A DNA stretch of 64,000 nt, taken from positions 220 through 64,219 of the forward strand of contig JBKPSP010000027.1 of NCBI GenBank assembly GCA_046735175.1. Reading direction: 5' to 3'. Both the position numbers and the translations under genes were made by a program. Position 1 is the first letter of the stretch, and each line of letters starts with the position of its first letter. This document shows positions 28,627-37,320 of the stretch, one piece after another. The notes below the pieces were generated by a model. It did no database searches. It was not told where the DNA came from and saw nothing but the letters and a program-made list of their open reading frames with translations. This DNA comes from Acidobacteriota bacterium (GTDB taxonomy: Bacteria; Acidobacteriota; Terriglobia; Terriglobales; Acidobacteriaceae).

Positions 28627-29221
28627 GTAACAATCGGCGACCCACGATGGTGAATTCGCCCGCAAGAACCAAGTTGATGGCCTCGCTGTATGCAATGTGC
28701 TCCTGCTCCAGAATCCGCGCTGCAAGCGTGTGTTCATCATCAGAATCGAGAACTGGGACGGATTTTTGCAGGATGATGGCCCCGTGATCCAGTTCCTCAT
28801 CGACGAAGTGGACCGTGCAGCCCGCGACCTTCACTCCGTACGCAAACGCCTGCTCCTGCGCCTCGAGTCCCGGGAATGCCGGCAACAAAGAAGGATGGAT
28901 ATTCAGAATCCGTTGCGGGAATTGCTTTACAAACCATGGCGAGAGCAGGCGCATGTAGCCGGCGAGGCAAACAATATCGACCTTGTGCTGCTGCAAAGCT
29001 GCGACGACTTCCCTATCGTGGTCTTCACGGGCCTTGCCTTTCGAGGGTATGACCAGAGCCTCAAGGCCGAGTTGTCGCGCAGTCTCGATCCCGCCTGCGT
29101 CGGTCCTGTTGGAGATCACCACCGCAATGCGTGCGTCCGGGATTTTTCCAGCCGCGACGTTTTTGGCAATCGCCTCGAAGTTAGATCCGCGCCCGGAGAG
29201 AAGAATGCCGATGTTTTTCAT
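28592..29221 (-). CDS. purN: Phosphoribosylglycinamide formyltransferase
   Basis: MKNIGILLSGRGSN..., NIHPSLLP and the C-terminal PurN pattern. The last ~10 codons (QKAEVRMQK*) are encoded by the repeat arm. Confidence 0.93.
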   Translation of the reverse strand: MKNIGILLSGRGSNFEAIAKNVAAGKIPDARIAVVISNRTDAGGIETARQLGLEALVIPSKGKAREDHDREVVAALQQHKVDIVCLAGYMRLLSPWFVKQFPQRILNIHPSLLPAFPGLEAQEQAFAYGVKVAGCTVHFVDEELDHGAIILQKSVPVLDSDDEHTLAARILEQEHIAYSEAINLVLAGEFTIVGRRLLRSQKAEVRMQK

Positions 29222-29375
29222 CGCAGGCCCACGCAGCCATCTTTGTGATCTTGTCTACTCATCGCGATAAAACGCTAAATGCTGGTGTGAATGTCCGTCA
29301 ATTGGGCCCCCGTGCACCGCCGGAGGGTGCGAACTTTGCGTGAACCGTTTACAGTGGCTGAGGCATCTTCCACCC

Positions 29376-30098
29376 ATGATTTCACGAGCACTGCAGGCCT
29401 TTGTGATTTGCGCATGCGCTATTCAACTTGCTGCGCAGCAGGGTACCGCCTCGCTGCCCGAATCTCCGGGGCAAACGTCACAGGCAGAGAAGGACCAGTC
29501 GGGCAGAATGCTCGGCATTCCGCAGTTCGGCGTGACAAACGAGAAGCATCCGGCGCCGATGAGCGCGGGACAGAAGTTCCGCCTTTTCTACCGTACGGCT
29601 GTCGATCCAGCGGAGTTCGTCGTCATCGGTTTCGAGGCGGGCATCAACCAGGCAAGTAATTCCTTCCCCGGCTACGGACAAGGCGCTGCCGGATACGGCA
29701 AGCGTTATGGTGCCGCATTCGCCGACCAGTTGTCGGCTGAGTTCTTTAGCAACTTCGCCTATCCGGTACTGCTTAAGCAGGACCCACGCTACTTCCGAAT
29801 GGGCGATGGCCCGGTCAAGCAGCGATTTTTTTATGCGCTTGCTCAGGAATTCGTCGGACACAAAGATGGAGGACGAAAAACCTTCAACTGGCCGACCACT
29901 TTGGGGGCTTTAACGGCGGGAGGCATTTCTAACGCTTACTATCCGGAAGACGACCGCGGTTTTGGACTGACCGTGAGCCGCGCGGCCATATCAATGCTCT
30001 ATGGAAGTTTGAGTGGAGTGGGCAATGAATTCTGGCCCGATATCTCGCGAAAACTGCACCGCAAGAAATCAGTGCCGGGCGATCAATCCCAGAAATAG
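29376..30098 (+). CDS. Hypothetical secreted protein
   Basis: Signal peptide MISRALQAFVICACAIQLAAQQ. No domain recognised by eye. Confidence 0.6.
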   Translation: MISRALQAFVICACAIQLAAQQGTASLPESPGQTSQAEKDQSGRMLGIPQFGVTNEKHPAPMSAGQKFRLFYRTAVDPAEFVVIGFEAGINQASNSFPGYGQGAAGYGKRYGAAFADQLSAEFFSNFAYPVLLKQDPRYFRMGDGPVKQRFFYALAQEFVGHKDGGRKTFNWPTTLGALTAGGISNAYYPEDDRGFGLTVSRAAISMLYGSLSGVGNEFWPDISRKLHRKKSVPGDQSQK

Positions 30099-30272
30099 CA
30101 GAACGGAAAGCAGAAGCGCCGCCCAGGCGTTGGCGCGCACGAATTTGTGCGTCGCCGGCCAGGGGAACATTAGGACGTCGAAGACCGCGATCAACCGCTC
30201 CGGCCACAAGAGGCCGGCCATTCCGAAGGCAAGAGACAACTGCACAACCAGAGACAAAACCAGATGGTTCAT
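30069..30272 (-). CDS. Hypothetical small membrane protein (2 TM)
   Basis: 67-aa hydrophobic ORF from ATG 30272. Its 3' end overlaps the convergent gene by 30 nt. Weak support. Confidence 0.35.
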   Translation of the reverse strand: MNHLVLSLVVQLSLAFGMAGLLWPERLIAVFDVLMFPWPATHKFVRANAWAALLLSVLLFLGLIARH

Positions 30273-30377
30273 CCCAACGCTCCAACGCAAGATTTCAGGA
30301 CGGAAAACCGTTAGTAGAAGTCTAGCGTGAGTACGTGAGGGCGAGTCAACGAAAAAACGCGGGTTTGCAAACTTAGG

Positions 30378-30737
30378 TCAGTCTTCCTTCTTGGACGTGC
30401 CGGCCAGCCAGCGGAAGAACATATTCACCAGGCTGAGGAAGATGGCTCCCCAGAAGGAGGAGAAGAACGAGTCAACGCTGAAAGCGGGGCGCAGCAGGGC
30501 CGACGCCAGCTCCAGCATGAGGGCGTTGATGACTAGCCAGAAAATTCCCAGCGTGAGAACGGTGAGAGGAAAGGTAATGACTTTTAGAATCGCGCCAAGA
30601 GTTGCATTGATAAAGCCGATAACAATGGCTGCTACGAGCGCCGCAGCCAGTCCGCGCACGTGAATACCCAGCGGCAGCTGCGCGACCACCCATACCGCGA
30701 GCGCGCTCAGGATCCAGTTGATGAGGATGCGAGTCAT
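30378..30737 (-). CDS. Phage_holin_4_2 (YvlD-like) family membrane protein
   Basis: 119 aa, four TM helices. The pattern ...VIGFINATLGAILKVITFPLTVLTLGIFWLVINALML... is typical of this family. Confidence 0.75.
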   Translation of the reverse strand: MTRILINWILSALAVWVVAQLPLGIHVRGLAAALVAAIVIGFINATLGAILKVITFPLTVLTLGIFWLVINALMLELASALLRPAFSVDSFFSSFWGAIFLSLVNMFFRWLAGTSKKED

Positions 30738-30819
30738 CTTGCTCTGAGCTAAAGAATATAGTTACTGGACGGCATACACGCAAACTGCCTCAGCAAACCC
30801 GCGCAACCACGAACGCGGT

Positions 30820-30972
30820 GTCATCCCAGCGAAGCAGTAATTGAGCGCCGCGAAAACGCTGCGCAGTCGAGGGACCCTGTGTTTTTGGTCTCGTCCCTGC
30901 TTCTTACGGCCGTAAACACAAGGTCTCTCGACTACGCGGCTCGCGTAGGCGAGCCCCTTCGCTCGAGATGAC
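30820..30972. repeat. About 150-nt nested inverted-repeat element (GTCATC...CGAAG termini)
   Basis: Outer arms: gtcatcccagcgaagc / ccttcgctcgagatgac. Inner arms: cagtcgagggaccctgtgttt / aaacacaaggtctctcgactac. It accounts for the spurious 95-aa ORF 30762-31049. Confidence 0.75.
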
Positions 30973-30992
30973 ATCGCCTGTAGGGATTTACG

Positions 30993-31016
30993 TCTGACGC
31001 CTGAAGCCTGACGCCT
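30993..31016. repeat. Short heptamer array (CCTGACG/CCTGAAG x3)
   Basis: tctgacg cctgaag cctgacg cct, 25 nt upstream of the E1-beta start. Confidence 0.6.
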
Positions 31017-31040
31017 TATCGTAGTAAACTTTTTCCGGTC

Positions 31041-32015
31041 ATGGCACAACTTACATATCTGGAGGCCATCCGCCAGGGCATCTGGGAAGAGATGGAGCGC
31101 GATCCGGCCGTCTTCTGCATTGGCGAGGACATCGGTATCTACGGCGGAGCTTTCAAAATTACCGACGGATTCATTGATACCTTCGGCCCCGAACGCGTGA
31201 TCGATACTCCGATCGCGGAATCGGCAATTGTGGGCGCGGCTTTCGGCGCGTCACTAACGGGAATGCGCCCTGTTGCCGAATTTCAGTTCATGGATTTCAT
31301 CAGCTGCGCCATGAATCAGATCAGCAACATGGTGGCGAAGACGCATTATCTGTGGGGAGCACCTGCGCCGTTAGTCCTGCGCGGGCCGAGCGGCGGTGGG
31401 GTGCACGGCGGCCCATTCCACTCTCAGAATCCTGAGATGTGGTTCGTGCACAATCCCGGACTGAAGGTGGTTTGTCCGGCGACACCGTACGACGCCAAGG
31501 GGCTAATCAAGTCTGCTATCCGCGACAACAATCCGGTGGTGTTTTTCGAGCACAAGTATCTCTATCGCCGGATTAAAGAGGATGTGCCAGCGGATGATTA
31601 CGTGGTTCCTCTCGGCAAGGCGCGGATTGCCCGCGAGGGCCGCGACATTAGCATCATTACTTATGCCGCGATGGTCCACCTGGCGCTCGAAGCCGCAGAA
31701 TTGTTGGCGAAAGAGGGAATAGAACTCGAGATTGTCGATTTACGTACCTTGGCGCCGCTTGATCGCGAGGCGATTGCCGATACCGTTCGCAAGACCAACA
31801 AGGTCATCCTTCTTCACGAAGACACAAGGACCGGAGGCATCGCAGGCGAGATTGCCGCCATCATCAATGAGGAAGCATTCGACGACCTCGACGGTCCGAT
31901 CGTGCGAATTACGGCACTCGACAGCGCCGTGCCGTTTTCGCCGCCGCAGGAAGAGCACTTTCTGCCCCAGTTGAAAGATGTGGTCGAGAAAGCGCGTTGG
32001 CTGAAGTCGTATTGA
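31041..32015 (+). CDS. 2-oxoacid (pyruvate/branched-chain) dehydrogenase E1 component beta subunit
   Basis: 324 aa. The pattern ...GEDIG.YGGAFK.T.G...FG..RV.DTPI.E... is a transketolase-like Pyr/C-terminal domain pattern. Confidence 0.9.
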   Translation: MAQLTYLEAIRQGIWEEMERDPAVFCIGEDIGIYGGAFKITDGFIDTFGPERVIDTPIAESAIVGAAFGASLTGMRPVAEFQFMDFISCAMNQISNMVAKTHYLWGAPAPLVLRGPSGGGVHGGPFHSQNPEMWFVHNPGLKVVCPATPYDAKGLIKSAIRDNNPVVFFEHKYLYRRIKEDVPADDYVVPLGKARIAREGRDISIITYAAMVHLALEAAELLAKEGIELEIVDLRTLAPLDREAIADTVRKTNKVILLHEDTRTGGIAGEIAAIINEEAFDDLDGPIVRITALDSAVPFSPPQEEHFLPQLKDVVEKARWLKSY

Positions 32016-32023
32016 AATCCGAT

Positions 32024-32118
32024 GTAGAGACGTAGCTTGCTACGTTTTTTGCAGGCGGCGTGTGTCATCGCACGCTGCTGTGCCGCTGCACGCAAGACGT
32101 TGCAAGCAACGTCTCTAC
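32024..32118. repeat. Inverted pair of GTAGAGACGT-GCTTGC-ACGT modules; the left module doubles as an intrinsic terminator
   Basis: gtagagacgtagcttgctacg(tttttt) at 32024-32050 and acgttgcaagcaacgtctctac at 32097-32118. Each module is itself palindromic. Confidence 0.8.
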
Positions 32119-32140
32119 GTTCGATCTTGAGGAGATTCCC

Positions 32141-32713
32141 ATGCGAGCTTTCGTACTCGGGATCATTGTTACGATTTTTGTGGCGTTTGCCATTGTGCTC
32201 GGCGTGGCCGAGTTCGGGCTTATGCCGACGAATGCTGACGCGACTCCGCCGGCGTTCGAAACGAAGATGGCCGGAAACGCGCTTGATGCCGCGATGGAGC
32301 GCGCGGCGCCTCGGGTGAACAATCCCGTGCCGCCGACCGATGAGAACCTGATTGCCGGCATGAAGATCTACACCATGAACTGCTCGGTGTGCCACGGCAC
32401 ACTCGACTACAAGCCCAGCCCGCTTGAGCATTCGCTCTATCCGCCGCCGCCGCAGGTCATCATCGATCCCCTCGATGATCCCGAGTGGCATCTCTACTAC
32501 GCGATTCGTACTGGCGTACGCTACACGGGAATGCCAGCATGGAACAAAGCCCTCAGCGAGCAGGACATGTGGAAGGTCACCGGCTTCCTCTCGCGTCTCG
32601 ATAAACTCCCGCCGGGCGTGCAGGACTACTGGAAGAAATCCTTCGGAACTTCACCTGAGGAACACAAGGGCGAAGGGCACGAAGAACACGGCGGGCACGA
32701 GCATCACGATTGA
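32141..32713 (+). CDS. Membrane-anchored mono-haem c-type cytochrome with a His-rich C-terminal tail
   Basis: ATG 32141 is preceded by GAGGAG. There is an N-terminal TM helix, a single CSVCH haem-binding motif, a distal GMPAW Met ligand region and the tail EEHKGEGHEEHGGHEHHD. Confidence 0.8.
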   Translation: MRAFVLGIIVTIFVAFAIVLGVAEFGLMPTNADATPPAFETKMAGNALDAAMERAAPRVNNPVPPTDENLIAGMKIYTMNCSVCHGTLDYKPSPLEHSLYPPPPQVIIDPLDDPEWHLYYAIRTGVRYTGMPAWNKALSEQDMWKVTGFLSRLDKLPPGVQDYWKKSFGTSPEEHKGEGHEEHGGHEHHD

Positions 32714-32737
32714 GCATGCCCGCTTCCCAAAAAGCTC

Positions 32738-32831
32738 TTAACCGCAGGGGCGCAGAGAAGGCCCGCCGAGGGCGCAGGAGGGAGTCTTTCTCTGCGAACT
32801 TTGCGCTTTTCTTTGCGATCTCTGCGGTTAA
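32738..32831. repeat. TTAACCGCAGAG-type inverted-repeat element
   Basis: ttaaccgcaggggcgcagagaagg ... ctttgcgatctctgcggttaa, directly after the cytochrome c stop. Related copies lie at 49207-49246 and 57737-57854. Confidence 0.85.
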
Positions 32832-32948
32832 AGACTCTTCTGAGTGTAGCGCCACGTCGGGGCGGACGCCGGACGGCCTGCGACGCGTGACGATATAATT
32901 ACCAGTTACTATTCGCTCAATCCACACTGAGCCAGGTGGAAGGAAATC

Positions 32949-34295
32949 ATGCCGACTGACATCGTTATGCCCCAAATGGGCGAGTCCATCGTTGAGGGGA
33001 CCATCACCAAGTGGCTCAAGAAGCCCGGCGACAAGATCCAGCGCGACGAGCCGCTGTTTGAGATTTCGACCGACAAGGTTGACGCTGAAATTCCTGCGCC
33101 CGCGTCTGGCGTCCTGTCGGAGATCAAAGTCACTGAGGGCACGACCGTTCAGGTGAACACGGTCGTCGGCACAATTTCTTCCGATGGCGAAGGGGCGGTG
33201 AAGAGCGCGCCCACTGCCGAGAAGAAGGCTGCACCAGCCGCTTCCCCAGCAAAGGCTCAGCCACCGGCACCGTCTCCTCAAGCGAATGGAACACCGGCAG
33301 CGGCGCCGCCCGCTCCGGCCACGGCAAAGCATGATGAAGATGAACATGCGCGATCGTCACCGCTAGTCCGGAAAATCGCGCGCGAGCACAACGTGGATTT
33401 ATCGCAAGTCGAAGGCAGCGGCCTGGGCGGAAGAATTACCAAGCAGGACATCCTGGCGTTTATCGAAGGCGGAGGTTCTGCGGCTCAGGCGCCAGCTTCG
33501 ACATCGGCAGCCTACCAAGCGCCCGCGCCTTCGCGACAGCCCACGATCGAAGCACCCGCTGCGGTTGCGCCACCCCGTCCGGCCGAAATTCCCGGCGATC
33601 TCGTGCCTCAGTCGCGCATGCGGCAGCTCATCGCCAAGCACATGATCGAGTCGCGCCGCACCAGCGCCCACGTCCACTGCATGTTTGAGGTGGACCTCAC
33701 GCGCATCGTCAATATCCGGAATAAGAACAAGGCCGCGTTCGAACAGCGCAATGGCGCGCGCCTGACGTTCATGCCATTTTTCGTGCGCGCGGCAATCATC
33801 GGCCTGCAGCAGTTCCCGATCGTGAATGCCTCGACCGAAGGCGACAACATCCGCTATCACCGGCATGTGAACGTCGGCATCGCCGTCGCGCTCGATTGGG
33901 GATTGATCGTTCCCGTGCTCAAGAACGCCGACGAACTGAACTTTCTCGGCCTGCAGCGCGGAATCACCGATCTCGGCGAGCGCGCCCGCAATAAGAAACT
34001 CAAGCCGGAGGAAGTCGAAGGCTCGACGTTCACCGTCACTAATCCCGGCCAGTTCGGCGCAGTGTTCGGCTTGCCGATCATCAATCAGCCGAACTCGGCG
34101 ATCATGGGCGTCGGCGGCATCACTAAAATGCCGCTGGTCGTCACCGACAAAGACGGCAACGACTCCATCGCCATCCGCTCCGTCGTGCACCTCACCCTCG
34201 GCTACGACCACCGCCTGATAGACGGCGCCGTCGCCGACCAGTTCATGGCGTACGTGAAGAAGACGCTGGAGGGGTGGAGCGAGGATGTTGGGTAG
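32949..34295 (+). CDS. Dihydrolipoamide acyltransferase (E2) of a 2-oxoacid dehydrogenase complex
   Basis: N-terminal lipoyl domain (EISTDKVDAEIPAP), Ala/Pro linker, E3-binding domain (SPLVRKIAREHNVDL) and catalytic domain with DHRLIDGA. Confidence 0.93.
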   Translation: MPTDIVMPQMGESIVEGTITKWLKKPGDKIQRDEPLFEISTDKVDAEIPAPASGVLSEIKVTEGTTVQVNTVVGTISSDGEGAVKSAPTAEKKAAPAASPAKAQPPAPSPQANGTPAAAPPAPATAKHDEDEHARSSPLVRKIAREHNVDLSQVEGSGLGGRITKQDILAFIEGGGSAAQAPASTSAAYQAPAPSRQPTIEAPAAVAPPRPAEIPGDLVPQSRMRQLIAKHMIESRRTSAHVHCMFEVDLTRIVNIRNKNKAAFEQRNGARLTFMPFFVRAAIIGLQQFPIVNASTEGDNIRYHRHVNVGIAVALDWGLIVPVLKNADELNFLGLQRGITDLGERARNKKLKPEEVEGSTFTVTNPGQFGAVFGLPIINQPNSAIMGVGGITKMPLVVTDKDGNDSIAIRSVVHLTLGYDHRLIDGAVADQFMAYVKKTLEGWSEDVG

Positions 34296-34318
34296 GCGGC
34301 TCGCGTTTCCTTTCCTGT

Positions 34319-35496
34319 ATGCCGACAGAGACTAGAGATCACAACGTGTACATTCTGGGTGCCGGATTTTCGCGGGACTCCGGTGCTCCACTGATTCATG
34401 ATTTTTTGGATAGGTCGCGTGAGTTTTTCGACGATCCGGAGTCCGCGCTCGATCAACAGGAGCGCCAGCAGTTCGAAGATGTTTTTCAATTTAAGCGAGA
34501 GGTCGCGAAAGCCCGAGAGAAATTTCGCATTGACCTCGATGATATCGAACAGTTTTTTGGGCTTGTCGAAATGTCGCACCGTCTCGGCACCGTCAGCGCG
34601 GGAACTCGCGACGCTACTGTCTACCTCATCGCGAAAACTCTTCAGCTTGCTATAGCGAGGAATGCCCAAAGACCGCAGGTAAAGCTCCACTTACTACAAG
34701 GTTTTGCTGCACAAGATTCATTTAGTCAATACGTTCGCAAGCTTGTCGGGTACCAGCCGGACATGTTTGAGACCGACATCTACACGCATTTCGCGCTCTA
34801 TCTATCGGGAAATACGACGACCAGAGAAAGCTGCAGTCACGCTCCAATACAGTTATTACGTTTAACTACGACCTAGTTCTGGATGAAGCCCTAGATCGAG
34901 TTGAGGCGAATCCAGAATACGAGCTCGCTGGCGCTGCTTACGAAGAGGCGAAGATCGGCTACCCGGTGGTTCGCCTCCTTAAGTTACACGGCTCGACAAA
35001 TTGGGCGATCTGCGCATGCAAGCAGATCCATGTCCTTGGAAAGAAAGCCACAGCTGAGCCTGCTATGTTCAGATCTATGGCATGTCGAAAATGCGGAAAG
35101 GGTGGCCTTAAGCTGCTTTTAGTTCCACCGTCTTGGGACAAAAGCGAATATAGCCAGATTATGCAACCAGTTTGGAAAACAGCTGTCGAGGCGATCCAGC
35201 GCGCCACGAGGATCTGTGTGATTGGTTACTCAATGCCCGAAACCGATGCCTTTTTCAAGTTTTTGCTGACTCTTGGATTGGCAGAGAACGACGGACTGTA
35301 CAAGCTCATTGTTGTCGATCGCGTCCTGCAAGCTCCCACTGCTGACGAAGTAACAATCGAAAAACGTTGGCGAAACATGCTGGAAGGAGTGTTTGTCAAA
35401 CGACGCTTTCACTTTTTCGACCGCGGTGTGGCAGAGTTCATGAAAGGGCCGATTCAGTATCACCTACGACGCGGAGAGCAAGTCAATATGAGTTAA
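34319..35496 (+). pseudogene. SIR2-like (SIR2_2 / defence-type NADase-like) gene interrupted by a single frameshift
   Basis: ORF 34319-34876 carries VYILGAGFSRDSGAPL. The -1 frame continues from ~34810 with KYDDQRKLQSRSNTVITFNYDLVLDEAL...VVRLLKLHGSTNW...CRKCG...VIGYSMPETD to 35496. Adding one nt in the gggaaa run near 34808-34813 gives one 392-aa ORF. The Asn (FNYD) and His (LHGS) residues are intact. Confidence 0.75.
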
Positions 35497-35690
35497 ATTC
35501 CAGGGGTTCATACAGGTTCCCGGACGATTTTTGTGGGTACAGTCTTACTTGAGAAGGAGTGGTAGATCGCACAGCGGAGCCTGTCCGTGTTCAACCAGTC
35601 CTCAAACTTTGCATCTTGTTCCATCAGCGCAACCCATTCGGGGGCTGGCCCGGCCTTTCCTTTTCTACTTACGGAACCTCCACGATGAGG

Positions 35691-35852
35691 CTGCCCCAGC
35701 CTTTGCGGTTTTCAAAGGCTGGGTTATCACGAACGATGAACCAGGTGGCGGTTGTCGCAATGTTCGGGTGCGAATGGAAGTTGAGGGTGCGGGAAGGCTG
35801 GCCCAAGCGGTCGAAAATCCCTGCCCTTTGAAAACCACAAAGCACGGGGCAT
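35691..35852. repeat. Inverted-repeat element (TGCCCC..CTTTG.GGTTTTCAAAGG arms)
   Basis: The left arm is ctgccccagcctttgcggttttcaaaggctggg (35691-35723). The right arm is ccctgccctttgaaaaccacaaagcacggggcat (35818-35852). Arms are about 80% complementary by eye. Confidence 0.7.
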
Positions 35853-35957
35853 CCTCAATTCTAGTGATACATACCGTGAAAAGCGGGCCGTCTCCCAATC
35901 TGGGATAAGTTAGACCGGCAGCTCGTACTGCGCTATCCTTCTGGCGGGGTTTGAGCC

Positions 35958-37301
35958 ATGAACAAACGGACCTTCCTCAAGCTCGGCTCGGCTGCGGCAG
36001 CCACTCCGTTCCTCTCACCCATGCTTGCCTGGGCTTCGAAGGAAAAGCTGACCAACTGGGCGGGCAATCTCGAATACGGAACGGAGCAGCTCACTTCGGC
36101 CGCTTCGACAACAGACGTTCAGAACTTTGTGAAGGCTCACAGCAGCTTCAAGGTCCTCGGCACCCGCCACTGCTTCAACGACATCGCTAATACCTCACAC
36201 GAGTTCCTCTCGTTGAAGCCTCAGGACAAAGTTGTTGGACTGGACGCGAAGGCGCGCACGGTAACGATTGAAGCCGGCATGAAATACGGTCAATTGGCCC
36301 CTTATCTTCATCAGAACGGATTCGCGCTTCATAATCTCGCCTCGTTGCCACACATTTCAGTTGCGGGCGCGTGCAGTACCGGTACGCACGGATCGGGAGA
36401 GAAGAACGGAACTTTGTCCACTGCCGTCTCAGCGCTGGAAATGGTTCTGGCCTCGGGAGAAGTGCGCATGCTATCGCGCGAGAAGGACGGGGAGACATTC
36501 CATGGCGCGGTGGTTGGTCTGGGAGCGCTGGGTGTAATTACTAAACTCACTCTCGATCTTCAGCCCACCTTCATGATGCAGCAGTACGTTTACGAAGACC
36601 TGCCGCTCGATCAACTGACGGAGAATTTCGATGCCATCGAAGCTGCCGGATACAGCGTGAGCCTGTTTACCGACTGGCAGAAGCCGCGCCTGAATGAAGT
36701 CTGGATCAAGAGCCGGATGGACGCGGAACACAAATTCGAAGCTAAGCCGGTGTTCTACGATGCCAAGCTCGCAACACGCAATCTACATCCGATCGCAGAT
36801 CTCTCGGCAGAAAACTGTACCGAGCAAATGGGAGTTCCCGGGCCCTGGTACGAACGCCTGCCGCACTTCCGCATGGGATTCACGCCCAGCGCAGGCAAAG
36901 AGCTGCAGTCAGAATACTTCGTGCCTCGCCAGCACGCGGTGGATGCGATCCTCGCGGTGCAGCGGCTCCACGAAATGGTCAGCCCGCACATGCTGATCAC
37001 CGAAATTAGAACCATTGCCGCTGATGACTTGTGGATGAGTACTGCCTACAAGCAGCCAAGTGTGGCCATCCACTTCACCTGGAAGCAGGATTTGCCAGCG
37101 GTCAGTAAGGTGCTGCCGGTCATCGAGAAAGAGTTGACTCCGTTCAAAGTCCGCCCGCACTGGGGAAAGCTGTTCACCATCAGTCGTGAAGAACTGAAGA
37201 CGAGGTACGAAATGCTGCCGGAGTTCGTCGCGCTATGCAATCAGTTCGACCCCAAGGGCAAATTCCGCAACAGCTTTCTCAACAGAAATATTTTTCGCTA
37301 G
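35958..37301 (+). CDS. Tat-signal FAD-binding oxidoreductase (alditol / sugar-1,4-lactone oxidase family)
   Basis: NKRTFLKLGSAAAATPFL...AWA is a Tat-like leader. It has a PCMH-type FAD-binding domain (GTRHCFN, GTHGSG) and a C-terminal ALO-type domain (HWGK). Confidence 0.85.
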   Translation: MNKRTFLKLGSAAAATPFLSPMLAWASKEKLTNWAGNLEYGTEQLTSAASTTDVQNFVKAHSSFKVLGTRHCFNDIANTSHEFLSLKPQDKVVGLDAKARTVTIEAGMKYGQLAPYLHQNGFALHNLASLPHISVAGACSTGTHGSGEKNGTLSTAVSALEMVLASGEVRMLSREKDGETFHGAVVGLGALGVITKLTLDLQPTFMMQQYVYEDLPLDQLTENFDAIEAAGYSVSLFTDWQKPRLNEVWIKSRMDAEHKFEAKPVFYDAKLATRNLHPIADLSAENCTEQMGVPGPWYERLPHFRMGFTPSAGKELQSEYFVPRQHAVDAILAVQRLHEMVSPHMLITEIRTIAADDLWMSTAYKQPSVAIHFTWKQDLPAVSKVLPVIEKELTPFKVRPHWGKLFTISREELKTRYEMLPEFVALCNQFDPKGKFRNSFLNRNIFR

Positions 37302-37320
37302 GTGGAACGGAGTCGCCCAG

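Noticed and set aside
30762-31049. 95-aa ORF upstream of the E1-beta gene
   Set aside because: It lies entirely within the nested inverted-repeat element and the heptamer array. The peptide is typical read-through of such repeats.
32577-33347. 256-aa Arg-rich minus-strand ORF
   Set aside because: It is antisense to the well-supported cytochrome c and E2 genes. Its composition (runs of R/G/S/C) is typical of shadow frames in GC-rich DNA. The same reasoning applies to 33399-34211, 47174-47854, 54466-55128, 56996-57658, 60335-61000, 60472-61128, 39769-40440 and the many shorter antisense entries.
35531-35908. ORFs 35531-35908 (+), 35559-35831 (+) and 35665-35898 (-)
   Set aside because: They overlap one another across an inverted-repeat element. 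The peptides (…PAFAVFKGW…, …APCFVVFKGQG…) are mirror translations of the two repeat arms.
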